Under the pieces are notes generated by a model. That model did not search any database. It had not been told where the DNA came from and saw only the letters and a list, made by a program, of their open reading frames with translations. This document shows, piece by piece, positions 27,421 to 37,656 of a stretch of 46,418 nt of DNA. Position 1 is the stretch's first letter. Each line of letters begins with the position of its first letter. The translations under genes were made by a program, and so were the position numbers. The stretch comes from an uncultured Saprospiraceae bacterium (GTDB lineage: Bacteria > Bacteroidota > Bacteroidia > Chitinophagales > Saprospiraceae): assembly GCA_964518915.1 (NCBI GenBank), contig CAZFJO010000002.1, positions 1 through 46,418 of the forward strand. Reading direction: 5' to 3'.

Positions 27421-29424
27421 ATGATGCTATATAGAGTTATATCTATCTTTTTTTTTCTTATGGTTTCATTTTCATATGTAACCGCCCAGTCTAACCCTCT
27501 CGATAAGATTAATCAAATCTTAGCAGAAGTCGATACAATAGGAAGTGACTCTATGGCAATCCGCACTTTACTGAGTCAATCAGGGAGATTACAATACAGT
27601 AAAAATACCCTCAAGCTGATCGAACGAGCGGAAGAAATAGCCCTGACGTATCCAGATAAAAAAATGGATATCCACATAAGCTATGCTAAAGGGAATTACT
27701 ACCTCCGCCAGAATAAAATGGATATGGCTCGGAAAATATATGATGAAGGATTATCGCATCCAGAAATCGATGCTATGCCCGACATGAAATCTCTCATACT
27801 CGGCGGAAAATCCACTAGTTATAAAAGTCAAGGCAAGATGGATCAAGCACTGAATCTGATCCTAGAATCTAGAAAAGTTTACTACTTAATCGATACTACT
27901 GGAAAATCAGAAAGTGACCAGAAAAGATACATCGGAAGGGGTGCTATACTAGATAACGCTATTGCTAATTCATACTTAAGCTTAAAAGACTATGACAATG
28001 CCATTAAGTACTTTGACATTAGCTATAAAAAACTATCTAACCTAGGTGATGATTTCCTCGCTGGCGTTCTTGTTATGAATAAAGCAGCTGTTTATATAGA
28101 GCAAGAAAAATTTGCAGAAGCGAAATCTAACGCTCAAGAATCTATAGCATTACTAGAGAATGATGATCGCAGTTCTAAAAGACATTTCTACATGTCACAT
28201 ATCACACTCGCTGATTCACACCTAGGATTGAATGAAATTGAAGAGGCAAAAGAGATATATGCTTCATCTATAGAAAAATATAAAGATTTAGAATTGTCAT
28301 CCACCGACGCGCAGGCCTTGCTAGGTCTAGGTCGAATAGAATTGACTGACAACGATTACAAAAATGCTTTTAATTTCTGTGATCGAGCCCAGAAAAAATT
28401 AACAGACCGGGATGACATCAAAATGAAGACTAAGATATGTGAGTGCAATTATCTATCCGCTAAAGGTCTAGGCAGGTACGGTATTGCTTTGTCTAATTTA
28501 GAAACGTTTAAATCTCTAAGTGACTCTATCTTCAATGAAGACAACATCAGGAATGTAACCCAGTTAGAAATGCAATTCCTGTTCGATAAAGAAAATGAAC
28601 TTAAGGACATAGAGGTTGCGAACACAGAGCGACACAACAGAAATGTAGTTATCGGATTGACTGCTGGGCTTCTGGCCTTGCTTGTTACAGCGCTGCTTCT
28701 CTATCGCCTGATGCGTATAAAAAGAAAAGCTGCCGCCCAGCTCAGGGATAAAAATGCCATTGTATCCAAGGCGCTGAATGAAAAAGAAATATTACTGAGA
28801 GAAATTCATCATAGAGTAAAAAATAACTTACAGATTATTTCTTCCCTTCTAGGTGTACAAAGTAGAAAGATAGATGACCCTAGGGCTCAAGAAGCCATTC
28901 AGGAAGGAAGAAATCGGGTGAGGTCTATGGCCTTGATTCATCAGAATTTATACCAAGATGAAAACCTAGTAGGTGTAAGTTCTAACAAGTACATAGAAGA
29001 ACTTATTGAAGAACTTGTGTCTAATTACCAGATTGATGATCAATTACTCACCATAAAAAAAGACATTGATTCTCTTGTCCTGGATGTTGATTCTGTAATA
29101 CCCATAGGGTTAATTTTAAATGAGTTAATAACCAATTCTCTTAAGTATGCTTACTCAGATATGCAGAATGCAGAGATGTTCATCTCACTGAAAAAGAGGA
29201 CAGACCACGTTGTTCTTACTGTTAGTGACAATGGAAGAGGCTTACCTCAGGGGTTTAATATTGAAGAAAGCAAAAGCATGGGTTACACGCTCGTGAAGGC
29301 ATTTACAGATAAGCTGGAAGGAAAATTAGATATAACTTCAGACGGAGGAACTTCTATAGTTATTACAATTCCTAATTCTGAGCTCAACTTTATGAGTCCT
29401 CCTGCAATAAAAGCAATGGCTTAA
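27421..29424 (+). CDS. TPR-repeat sensor histidine kinase (HisKA_2-type H-box + HATPase_c)
   Basis: A signal peptide is followed by roughly 380 aa of TPR-like repeats and one TM ([20 protein letters not shown]). The H-box is [17 protein letters not shown]. ATPase motifs are [12 protein letters not shown] and DNGRGLP. Confidence 0.85.
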   Translation: MMLYRVISIFFFLMVSFSYVTAQSNPLDKINQILAEVDTIGSDSMAIRTLLSQSGRLQYSKNTLKLIERAEEIALTYPDKKMDIHISYAKGNYYLRQNKMDMARKIYDEGLSHPEIDAMPDMKSLILGGKSTSYKSQGKMDQALNLILESRKVYYLIDTTGKSESDQKRYIGRGAILDNAIANSYLSLKDYDNAIKYFDISYKKLSNLGDDFLAGVLVMNKAAVYIEQEKFAEAKSNAQESIALLENDDRSSKRHFYMSHITLADSHLGLNEIEEAKEIYASSIEKYKDLELSSTDAQALLGLGRIELTDNDYKNAFNFCDRAQKKLTDRDDIKMKTKICECNYLSAKGLGRYGIALSNLETFKSLSDSIFNEDNIRNVTQLEMQFLFDKENELKDIEVANTERHNRNVVIGLTAGLLALLVTALLLYRLMRIKRKAAAQLRDKNAIVSKALNEKEILLREIHHRVKNNLQIISSLLGVQSRKIDDPRAQEAIQEGRNRVRSMALIHQNLYQDENLVGVSSNKYIEELIEELVSNYQIDDQLLTIKKDIDSLVLDVDSVIPIGLILNELITNSLKYAYSDMQNAEMFISLKKRTDHVVLTVSDNGRGLPQGFNIEESKSMGYTLVKAFTDKLEGKLDITSDGGTSIVITIPNSELNFMSPPAIKAMA

Positions 29425-29498
29425 ATTACAATTGTTATTGTTTAATTATCTTTGTAGGTATATACTGCGTTTTCTGCACAAGCGATAAGTATTAAGCT

Positions 29499-30536
29499 AT
29501 GAAAAAACTATACAACAAGATAAGTGGGGACTTACTTAAAGAGAAAATATTAAACTCCACTGAGAAAAGAATTACCCTTTCTTTCTATCAATATGCCCAC
29601 ATTATTAACGTCCCGTTTTTCCGAGACCACTTGTATATATTGTTAGACTCTGTAGACACTCTAGGAAGAATTTATGTCGCAGGAGAAGGTGTCAATGCGC
29701 AGATTTCTGTCCCCGAAAGACGGTATAACGAATTCATCGAAGCACTGAATACCATAACATTTTTACAAGGAATCCGACTAAACATCGCTATAGAAGATGA
29801 TGGAAAATCCTTCTACAAACTTAAAATTAAAATAAGAAACAAGATTGTAGCCGACGGCCTAGATGAAGACGAGTTCGATGTGACTAACAAGGGTATCCAT
29901 CTAAATGCTGAAAAATTCAATACCCTGGCAGATAATCCAGATACCGTCATCGTTGACATGCGCAATCATTATGAAAGTGAAGTCGGACACTTCGAGGGAG
30001 CCATTACTCCCGATGTAGAAACCTTCAGGGAATCCCTGCCTATTGTGGAAGAAATGCTCAGCGAACATAAGGACAAGAACATTATCATGTACTGTACAGG
30101 AGGAATCCGTTGTGAAAAAGCCAGCGCATATTATAAGCATCGAGGTTTTAAAAATGTATTCCAACTAGAAGGAGGCATTATTGAATATGCTCGACAAGTA
30201 GAAAAAAAAGGCATCGAAAATCGATTCATAGGTAAAAATTTTGTGTTTGACGAGCGTATGGGAGAGCGCATATCAGAAGACATTATTGCTAAGTGTCATC
30301 AGTGTGGAAATCCTTGTGACACCCATGTCAATTGCAAGAACGATGCTTGCCACATCTTATTTATTCAATGTACAAGTTGTGCTGAAAAGCATGAAGATTG
30401 TTGCTCTGAAAAGTGTAAATCTTTCAATCAGCTACCTGAAGAAGAAAGGGTGCTCCTAAAAGGTACAACAGAATTTAACGGAACGAAATTCGGGAAAGGA
30501 AGATACAAGGCCAACAGGCCCGACAATATCTTATAA
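29499..30536 (+). CDS. trhO: Rhodanese-domain tRNA uridine(34) hydroxylase (UPF0176/YceA family)
   Basis: It has the rhodanese active-site loop YCTGGIRCEKAS and a Cys-rich C-terminal extension (CHQCGNPCDTHVNCKNDACH..CTSCAEKHEDCCSEKC). Confidence 0.8.
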   Translation: MKKLYNKISGDLLKEKILNSTEKRITLSFYQYAHIINVPFFRDHLYILLDSVDTLGRIYVAGEGVNAQISVPERRYNEFIEALNTITFLQGIRLNIAIEDDGKSFYKLKIKIRNKIVADGLDEDEFDVTNKGIHLNAEKFNTLADNPDTVIVDMRNHYESEVGHFEGAITPDVETFRESLPIVEEMLSEHKDKNIIMYCTGGIRCEKASAYYKHRGFKNVFQLEGGIIEYARQVEKKGIENRFIGKNFVFDERMGERISEDIIAKCHQCGNPCDTHVNCKNDACHILFIQCTSCAEKHEDCCSEKCKSFNQLPEEERVLLKGTTEFNGTKFGKGRYKANRPDNIL

Positions 30537-30547
30537 TGTGGTCTTTC

Positions 30548-31598
<1,051 letters not shown>

Positions 31599-31624
31599 TT
31601 TAATTAATTCTTCTTATAGAAATC

Positions 31625-31653
31625 ATCGATTAAAGTTAAAGTATTTAATCGAT
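31625..31653. promoter_or_regulatory. Perfect 10-bp inverted repeat ATCGATTAAA-N9-TTTAATCGAT (candidate operator)
   Basis: Read directly from the sequence. It lies 27-55 nt upstream of the crp-family start, in the crp / AraC divergent intergenic region. Confidence 0.35.
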
Positions 31654-31672
31654 AATACAATTACAATAAGTC

Positions 31673-31690
31673 TATCAAAATTGGTTGATA
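31673..31690. promoter_or_regulatory. Inverted repeat TATCAA-N6-TTGATA (candidate operator)
   Basis: Read directly from the sequence, in the same divergent region. The half-sites are the TTGAT/ATCAA type used by Crp/Fnr-family proteins, but in inverted order and with non-canonical spacing. Confidence 0.3.
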
Positions 31691-31821
31691 TATTGACAAT
31701 ATTGAAATTCTCCGTGTTCTAATTTTATTATTTTTTCTTTAAAAGAAATGTCACACATAGTAATTTAAAATCTATTTCATTGTTTTACATAGCAGAAGGT
31801 TTAATCATTTCATAACATTAT

Positions 31822-32880
31822 ATGGAGTTACAAGAGCAGCTTATTTTCCTCTTCAGCGCATTCGGTGCCCTTAATGGCCTACTCTTGAGTGGGTACCTTC
31901 TTATCTTCAGACAAGATAAACGGGTATCTCATTACTTACTAGGTGCTTTATTGCTTATGATGAGCATACGGATTATTAAATCTGTATTTCTTCATTTTAA
32001 CAGGGAATTATTCGAAGAATTTATTCAAGTGGGGCTTATTGCATGTTTCATGATCGGACCTTTCCTTCTGCTATACGTGATAAGTATGACTAAAAAAAAC
32101 CACCAACTAAGAAGTCGATGGTGGTGGTTTATTCTTCCACACTTGGTTCTAATTGTTACTGTCTCGTGGATCTACCCATATTATGAGCACTACGAAACTT
32201 GGGGAACAATTATAGAATTAATCTATACAGAGTGGTTGATTTATGTATTGATTTCTGGGTACATGCTCTACCCAACCATAAAGAAGATATGGGATAAAGA
32301 AGCACAGTTGGCGGAAGAAGAAAAATGGTTGCTCAATGTATATATAGGAACAGCTATAGTCTATCTAGCATATGATACTTCACACTATACCTCATATATC
32401 GCTGGTGCACTTTCATTTTCCTTTATCTTTTACTTATCCGTTCTTCTTTTCTTCTATAGAAGAAAAGATAAGGATATAGCCATAGACAAGCCTATAAAAT
32501 ATGCTGGTTCCAGTCTGTCTGAACATGAAGTCAAGCTTAATCTCAAAAAGCTACATCAATTAATGAAAGAAGAAAAACCTTACTTAGATCCTGAATTATC
32601 CTTAGCAACATTAGGTGAAAAACTGGGACTCAACTCTAAGGAAACCTCTCAACTTATCAACCAAGGCACACCCTACAATTACTCTAAGTATATTTCTTCT
32701 CTGCGGGTAGAAGAGGCGCAGAAAATCCTTGCATCAGAAAAATTCTCGCACTATAAGATATCTGCCATAGCTTATGATAGTGGTTTCAATAGTCTTTCGT
32801 CGTTTAATGCGAGTTTCAAGGAGTTTACAGGAATGACAGCTAATACTTTTCGGAAAAAACAACAAGAAGTAAGCGTATAG
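31822..32880 (+). CDS. Membrane-anchored AraC/XylS family transcriptional regulator
   Basis: The N-terminal ~215 aa carry about 6 TM segments. The C-terminal AraC dual HTH includes LSLATLGEKLGLNSKETSQLIN ... ISAIAYDSGFNSLSSFNASFKEFTGMT. Confidence 0.8.
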   Translation: MELQEQLIFLFSAFGALNGLLLSGYLLIFRQDKRVSHYLLGALLLMMSIRIIKSVFLHFNRELFEEFIQVGLIACFMIGPFLLLYVISMTKKNHQLRSRWWWFILPHLVLIVTVSWIYPYYEHYETWGTIIELIYTEWLIYVLISGYMLYPTIKKIWDKEAQLAEEEKWLLNVYIGTAIVYLAYDTSHYTSYIAGALSFSFIFYLSVLLFFYRRKDKDIAIDKPIKYAGSSLSEHEVKLNLKKLHQLMKEEKPYLDPELSLATLGEKLGLNSKETSQLINQGTPYNYSKYISSLRVEEAQKILASEKFSHYKISAIAYDSGFNSLSSFNASFKEFTGMTANTFRKKQQEVSV

Positions 32881-32961
32881 TTATCCCGAAATCATGATTT
32901 AGGTAGGAATAAGGCCTGGGCCCAGATAGTTTTGGGACCATAATCAAATATTCTTATAATC

Positions 32962-33378
32962 ATGAAATTTATCATTACTTCTATAATTGTATGCTTCGTA
33001 ACCACCATTCAACTTAGTGCTCAATCTACAGAAGAAGAAAAGGCAATTACAGCCACCATTATGGATTACATAGATGGAACGGCTGATGCTGAAGTTGACC
33101 GGATTAAAAAAGCATTTCACCCAGATTTAAATCTCTATTCTATAAGAGATGGCGAGATAAGCATCACGGAAGGAAAAAAGTACATATCCTATTTCGAGGA
33201 TGGAAAGAAAAGAAATCGGGTCGGAAAAATCATCTCTATCGATTATGAGAATGATGCGGCTATTGCCAAACTAGAAGTCGAAACACCTAATCGTGTTTTT
33301 ACAGACTATTTATTGTTATTAAAAGCTAAGGGAAAGTGGCAGATAATCCATAAATCTTACACTTCTAGGTCTAAATAG
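32962..33378 (+). CDS. Secreted NTF2-fold (SnoaL / lumazine-binding-like) protein
   Basis: It has a signal peptide. The mature part is about 115 aa with an MDYIDGTADAEVDRIKKAFHPD..WQIIHKSY pattern typical of nuclear transport factor 2 family proteins. A TAGTTTTG box lies at 32927-32934. Confidence 0.55.
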   Translation: MKFIITSIIVCFVTTIQLSAQSTEEEKAITATIMDYIDGTADAEVDRIKKAFHPDLNLYSIRDGEISITEGKKYISYFEDGKKRNRVGKIISIDYENDAAIAKLEVETPNRVFTDYLLLLKAKGKWQIIHKSYTSRSK

Positions 33379-33385
33379 GACAGCA

Positions 33386-35251
33386 TCAGTTTTTTCCATT
33401 ATCGACTTTTAAATCGAATCGCTTTCTGAGTTCAGCCACAAGTGGGTTGGACTCAACAAGCTTTTCGTATTTTTCTTTACTTGTCAGAACTTGCTTCGTT
33501 TCAACCTCGTCGAAGCCTGGAAATTTTTCATGATCCACAATTATGTCAAGGGTCAACTTATCTACACCTAGTTCGTCTCTAATCCTATCGAGAAGGGCTG
33601 TTTCTTCTAGGACCATATCTCTTGTAAGACCGTTAGGCACGGTAATGATTAAATTCTCTCCTTCTAGTTTTTTAGTTACAATGTTGAGGGCAGAGCGCAA
33701 GCTTTTAGATGGGTTGTTTTCAGAATAGTCATCCCATATTTCAACAATGCCTTCTAGACTGAGAGACTTCCTTGCTTCTTCCTTTTCTTTTTCTTTCGTT
33801 TTAATATCCATCATCAACTTGTCGATGGAACTAAAGGAAGGGGTATTCACAATTGCATCCTCTTTCTTTTCTTGCTTCTCTGTCTCATCTATCTTCTGAG
33901 GAGAGGCGCTCGTTGTAGCTGGTCCAGGAACAATAGCCGCTTCTGTATCTCTATTCTCAGAAATAGCAGCTTTAGGGGGGTCATCGGCAACGGGCCTAGC
34001 AGGAGTACTTTCTTCAGCAACGACAGATTCCTGTTCTTTCTCTACTGTCTGTATAGGGTTAATAGCTTCTACAGTCGGCTCTTCCTTAGTTTCATCTACC
34101 TTAGGCGGGCGAGCTCCTTTAAGCTTCAGTTTTTTTTTTACTTCTTCTTCGTCTTGAAACGATCCCATGAAAACAATCTTGCTAAGGGCAATCTCTAGGT
34201 ATAGTCTTTTATTCTGAGCTCTGGGAAGAGAAATATCACATTGATTCAGGAGGTGCATCGCAGTCATACAGAATGACTTACCACAGACCAGGGCTTGGCT
34301 CTTGTATCGATTGACCAGGGCTTCTCCACCTTCAATCAAGTTGTGTGTTCTAGGATCTTTAGCGACAAGAATATTTCTAATATGTTCTGTAAGACCTTGT
34401 AGGAGAAGTGCTGGTTCGAAGCCCCGAGAAATTATATCTTCTAACAATATCATAGCCCCAGGAAGGTCCTGATTCACCAAGGAATCTGTCAGCTTAAAGT
34501 AATAGTCATAATCAAGAATATTAAGATTCTCTATTACATCTTGATAGGTTATGTGTCCTTCCGTAGCAGAAGAGATTTTATCATATATGCTTAGTGCATC
34601 ACGCATAGCTCCATCTGCCTTCTGGCCGATCATATGCATGGCTTCAGGATCACCAGTACGTTCTTCTTTCTGGTTGATTAGATCTAGTTGATGGACAATA
34701 TCTTGTACTTGGATTCGCTTAAAATCGAATATCTGGCACCTAGAGAGAATGGTCGGAATAATTTTATGTTTTTCCGTAGTCGCTAGAATAAATATGGCAT
34801 AAGGCGGAGGTTCTTCTAGGGTTTTCAGAAAGGCATTGAATGCTTGTGAAGACAACATATGTACCTCATCTATAATGAAAACCTTGTACTTGCCCTGCTG
34901 AGGCTGAAACCTCACTTGCTCCGTCAGTGTACGGATATGCTCTACACTGTTATTAGAAGCAGCATCAAGTTCTATAATATTAAAAGAAGCGTTGTCATTG
35001 AAAGAAACGCATGAGGAACATTCATTACAAGGATCTACTCCTCCCTGAACATTTTCACAATTGATGACTTTAGCAAGGATCCGTGCAGATGTAGTCTTAC
35101 CTACTCCTCTAGGTCCGCAGAAAAGAAATGCATGGGCAAGCTTATCAGACTCTAGGGCATTCTTTAGAGTTGAAGCCACATGATTCTGGCCTACCAGTTC
35201 ACTGAACTTAGCGGGTCTATACTTTCTTGCTGATACTACGAAATTGCTCAC
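33386..35251 (-). CDS. dnaX: DNA polymerase III subunit tau (gamma/tau)
   Basis: Motifs present are Walker A GPRGVGKTT, the zinc module CNECSSC, DEVHML and the SRC motif (LSRCQ). A long K/E/P-rich linker and C-terminal tau domains follow. Confidence 0.95.
   Translation of the reverse strand: MSNFVVSARKYRPAKFSELVGQNHVASTLKNALESDKLAHAFLFCGPRGVGKTTSARILAKVINCENVQGGVDPCNECSSCVSFNDNASFNIIELDAASNNSVEHIRTLTEQVRFQPQQGKYKVFIIDEVHMLSSQAFNAFLKTLEEPPPYAIFILATTEKHKIIPTILSRCQIFDFKRIQVQDIVHQLDLINQKEERTGDPEAMHMIGQKADGAMRDALSIYDKISSATEGHITYQDVIENLNILDYDYYFKLTDSLVNQDLPGAMILLEDIISRGFEPALLLQGLTEHIRNILVAKDPRTHNLIEGGEALVNRYKSQALVCGKSFCMTAMHLLNQCDISLPRAQNKRLYLEIALSKIVFMGSFQDEEEVKKKLKLKGARPPKVDETKEEPTVEAINPIQTVEKEQESVVAEESTPARPVADDPPKAAISENRDTEAAIVPGPATTSASPQKIDETEKQEKKEDAIVNTPSFSSIDKLMMDIKTKEKEKEEARKSLSLEGIVEIWDDYSENNPSKSLRSALNIVTKKLEGENLIITVPNGLTRDMVLEETALLDRIRDELGVDKLTLDIIVDHEKFPGFDEVETKQVLTSKEKYEKLVESNPLVAELRKRFDLKVDNGKN
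34119..34142 (-). other. dnaX: Candidate recoding site in dnaX: A10 slippery run plus out-of-frame stops
   Basis: The minus strand reads GUA AAA AAA AAA CUG AAG CUU AAA. The A10 run is at 34130-34139. The -1 frame reads ACU GAA GCU UAA (stop 34119-34121). The +1 frame reads AAC UGA (stop 34126-34128). Confidence 0.4.
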
Positions 35252-35273
35252 CGAGGCTAAAGGTATGAATTAC

Positions 35274-36797
35274 TTAATTCTCTACAAGGATTTCAGGTGC
35301 CGCTTCCAGAAATAGTTCTATTCTTTCTGCACATTCTTCGTGTCCTATTAAGGCAATCGTCTCAAAAAGATCTGGACCTTTCATACTTCCTGTAATTGAA
35401 ATCCTCAGAATAGGCAATATCTGACCGAACTTATACTCATTATCCGTAATGAATGATTTAACGGCTGTCTGCACATCTTCCGGCTTAGACCGGACTATTT
35501 CTGCTATTGATTTAAAAGCAGACGCATTCTCTTCCTTATATTTCTTTTTGACCATTTTAGTGTCATAAGCTTCAGGGCGCGTAAAGAAAAACTTGCCATC
35601 AGGAATAAAATCACCGATTTTTTCGACCCGCTCCTTCATCAATCCAGCGAATACCGTCACATAATCATCGTCTGCAGTGAGGCCTTCTTTTTCAAGTAGC
35701 GGCTTAATCATTCCAGCCAGTTTCTCATTATCCATCTTGATGATGTACTGTTGGTTAAACCACTTAAGTTTATCGAAATCAAACCGTGCACCCGATTTTA
35801 CAATTTTATTAATGGAAAACAAGGATTGAAGCTCATCCATAGAAAACACCTCTTCGTCATTTCCTGGGCTCCATCCTAGGAGGGCCATAAAATTGACTAA
35901 GGCCTCCGGAAGAAAACCTGCTTCTTTAAAACCTATAAATGATTCTTCCTCAGAACCACCATCCCAGGACAGCGGAAACACTGGAAAACCAAACTTAGCC
36001 CCATCTCTTTTACTGAGTTTCCCTTTGCCGGAAGGCTTCAATATAAGAGGCAAGTGTGCATAATTAGGTGCTTCCCAGTCAAGGAATCGATACATCAATA
36101 AGTGATGCGCCGTACTTGACAACCATTCTTCTCCTCGGATTATATGTGAAATATTCATGTGGTGGTCATCCACAATATTAGCAAGATGATACGTAGGCAA
36201 TCCATCGGCCTTCATGATAACCTTATCATCCAGTTGATCAGAATGAAAAGTTACTTGACCTCTTACACCATCCTCTATGGTAATGTTCTCATCTCTAGGA
36301 ATCAATAACCTTACTGTTACGTTCTCTCCTTTATCGAGGTAAACTTGTGTTTCTTCAGCAGATAGAGATAGACTATTCTTCATCTTATCTCTGGTCTGAA
36401 AATTATATTTAGCTCCAGGATTTCCAGCGGCTTCTTCATCTTTACGCATCTGTTCCAGTTCGTCCCCTGTATCGAAAGCATAGTAAGCATGACCTCTATC
36501 CATAAGCTCCTGGGCGTACTTCTTATACAATTCACTTCTCTCAGATTGGATATAAGGTCCGTAATCACCTCCTATGCCCGGACCTTCGTCAAAGTGTAAC
36601 CCACTCCATTCCAGTGCTTCCTTGATATAAGCTGGTGCTGCTTCTACTAAACGTTTCTGATCCGTATCCTCTAATCTTAAGATGAACTTTCCACCCTTCT
36701 GTTTAGCATACAAGTAATTGTACAAGGCCGTCCTTATTCCACCTATGTGCAGGGGGCCTGTCGGGCTGGGCGCAAATCTTAATCTTACATCTGCCAT
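35274..36797 (-). CDS. gltX: Glutamyl-tRNA synthetase
   Basis: It carries HIGH-type PTGPLHIGGIRTAL and KMSKS-type KLSKRDG motifs. Length is 507 aa. It lies 22 nt upstream of dnaX, so a gltX-dnaX operon is likely. Confidence 0.95.
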   Translation of the reverse strand: MADVRLRFAPSPTGPLHIGGIRTALYNYLYAKQKGGKFILRLEDTDQKRLVEAAPAYIKEALEWSGLHFDEGPGIGGDYGPYIQSERSELYKKYAQELMDRGHAYYAFDTGDELEQMRKDEEAAGNPGAKYNFQTRDKMKNSLSLSAEETQVYLDKGENVTVRLLIPRDENITIEDGVRGQVTFHSDQLDDKVIMKADGLPTYHLANIVDDHHMNISHIIRGEEWLSSTAHHLLMYRFLDWEAPNYAHLPLILKPSGKGKLSKRDGAKFGFPVFPLSWDGGSEEESFIGFKEAGFLPEALVNFMALLGWSPGNDEEVFSMDELQSLFSINKIVKSGARFDFDKLKWFNQQYIIKMDNEKLAGMIKPLLEKEGLTADDDYVTVFAGLMKERVEKIGDFIPDGKFFFTRPEAYDTKMVKKKYKEENASAFKSIAEIVRSKPEDVQTAVKSFITDNEYKFGQILPILRISITGSMKGPDLFETIALIGHEECAERIELFLEAAPEILVEN

Positions 36798-36831
36798 TCT
36801 ATTCTAATTTTTTTTGACGATTTTGTGCGTG

Positions 36832-36839
36832 CAAAAATA
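36832..36839 (-). promoter_or_regulatory. Candidate -7 promoter box (TATTTTTG on minus strand) for gltX-dnaX
   Basis: The plus strand reads CAAAAATA, which is TATTTTTG on the minus strand. It lies 35 nt upstream of the gltX ATG. Confidence 0.3.
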
Positions 36840-36887
36840 CACTTCATAGCCGTGTTCTTTTATAAAACACCATATTTATTAACAGAG

Positions 36888-37475
36888 ATGTTCAGCCGAT
36901 CGATGTGGCAGGCTAGCCCAGAGGATTCTTCCGTGTATTTTACCTTCGACGATGGACCTACTCCAGAAGTAACGAAATGGGTACTTGAGCTCCTTGATGA
37001 ATTCAATGCCAAAGGGACATTTTTCTGCATAGGAAATAATGTAGAGAAGCATCCTTCCATCTATAATTCTATCCTTTCTCAGAACCATAGTGTCGGAAAC
37101 CACAGCTATTCACACCTTAATGGCTGGAAGATAGACGGCGATACTTATGCTCAGGATGTACAGGTTGCTTCACAATTTATACAATCACCTCTGTTTCGTC
37201 CACCTTACGGCAAATGTAACTTCAGTCAATATAAAAGCCTCTCAGAAAAGTATACCATTGTTATGTGGTCAATCCTTACCGGAGACTGGAGGCAAGATGC
37301 TTCCCCAGAAAAGATCATAGAAAAAGTGAATAAGTACATGATACCAGGCAGCATCCTTGTTTTTCACGACAGCGTAAAAGCCTTTCCGATTCTTAAGCAA
37401 GTGCTTCCTCAGTGCTTAGCCATCGCTAGAGCGAGAGGATTTAATATGCGTGCGCTACCGATGCAGAAGAGGTAA
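36888..37475 (+). CDS. Polysaccharide deacetylase (NodB homology domain, CE4)
   Basis: Motifs are FTFDDGP, HSYSH and RPPYG. I prefer the ATG at 36888 over the ORF-track GTG at 36825, which would run through the gltX promoter region. Confidence 0.8.
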   Translation: MFSRSMWQASPEDSSVYFTFDDGPTPEVTKWVLELLDEFNAKGTFFCIGNNVEKHPSIYNSILSQNHSVGNHSYSHLNGWKIDGDTYAQDVQVASQFIQSPLFRPPYGKCNFSQYKSLSEKYTIVMWSILTGDWRQDASPEKIIEKVNKYMIPGSILVFHDSVKAFPILKQVLPQCLAIARARGFNMRALPMQKR

Positions 37476-37656
37476 TGGTAAACTTATTTTTTGCGCACTC
37501 GTTGTTTTAATCAGAACATATACAATTATTGAGTATTATACATACCGATTTTTAATTTCTATACTGTCTGGATGCCATTGATTCATTTTTCATCAAGCCT
37601 GCAATGATAGATTTCAAAATGACGTTCTTCATGACATATATTCTTAATGCACCCAT

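Noticed and set aside
32916-32925. GC-rich perfect palindrome CTGGGCCCAG downstream of the AraC gene.
   Set aside because: It is too short for a terminator, since the loop would be absent, and no T-run follows. It is probably a chance palindrome or restriction-type site.
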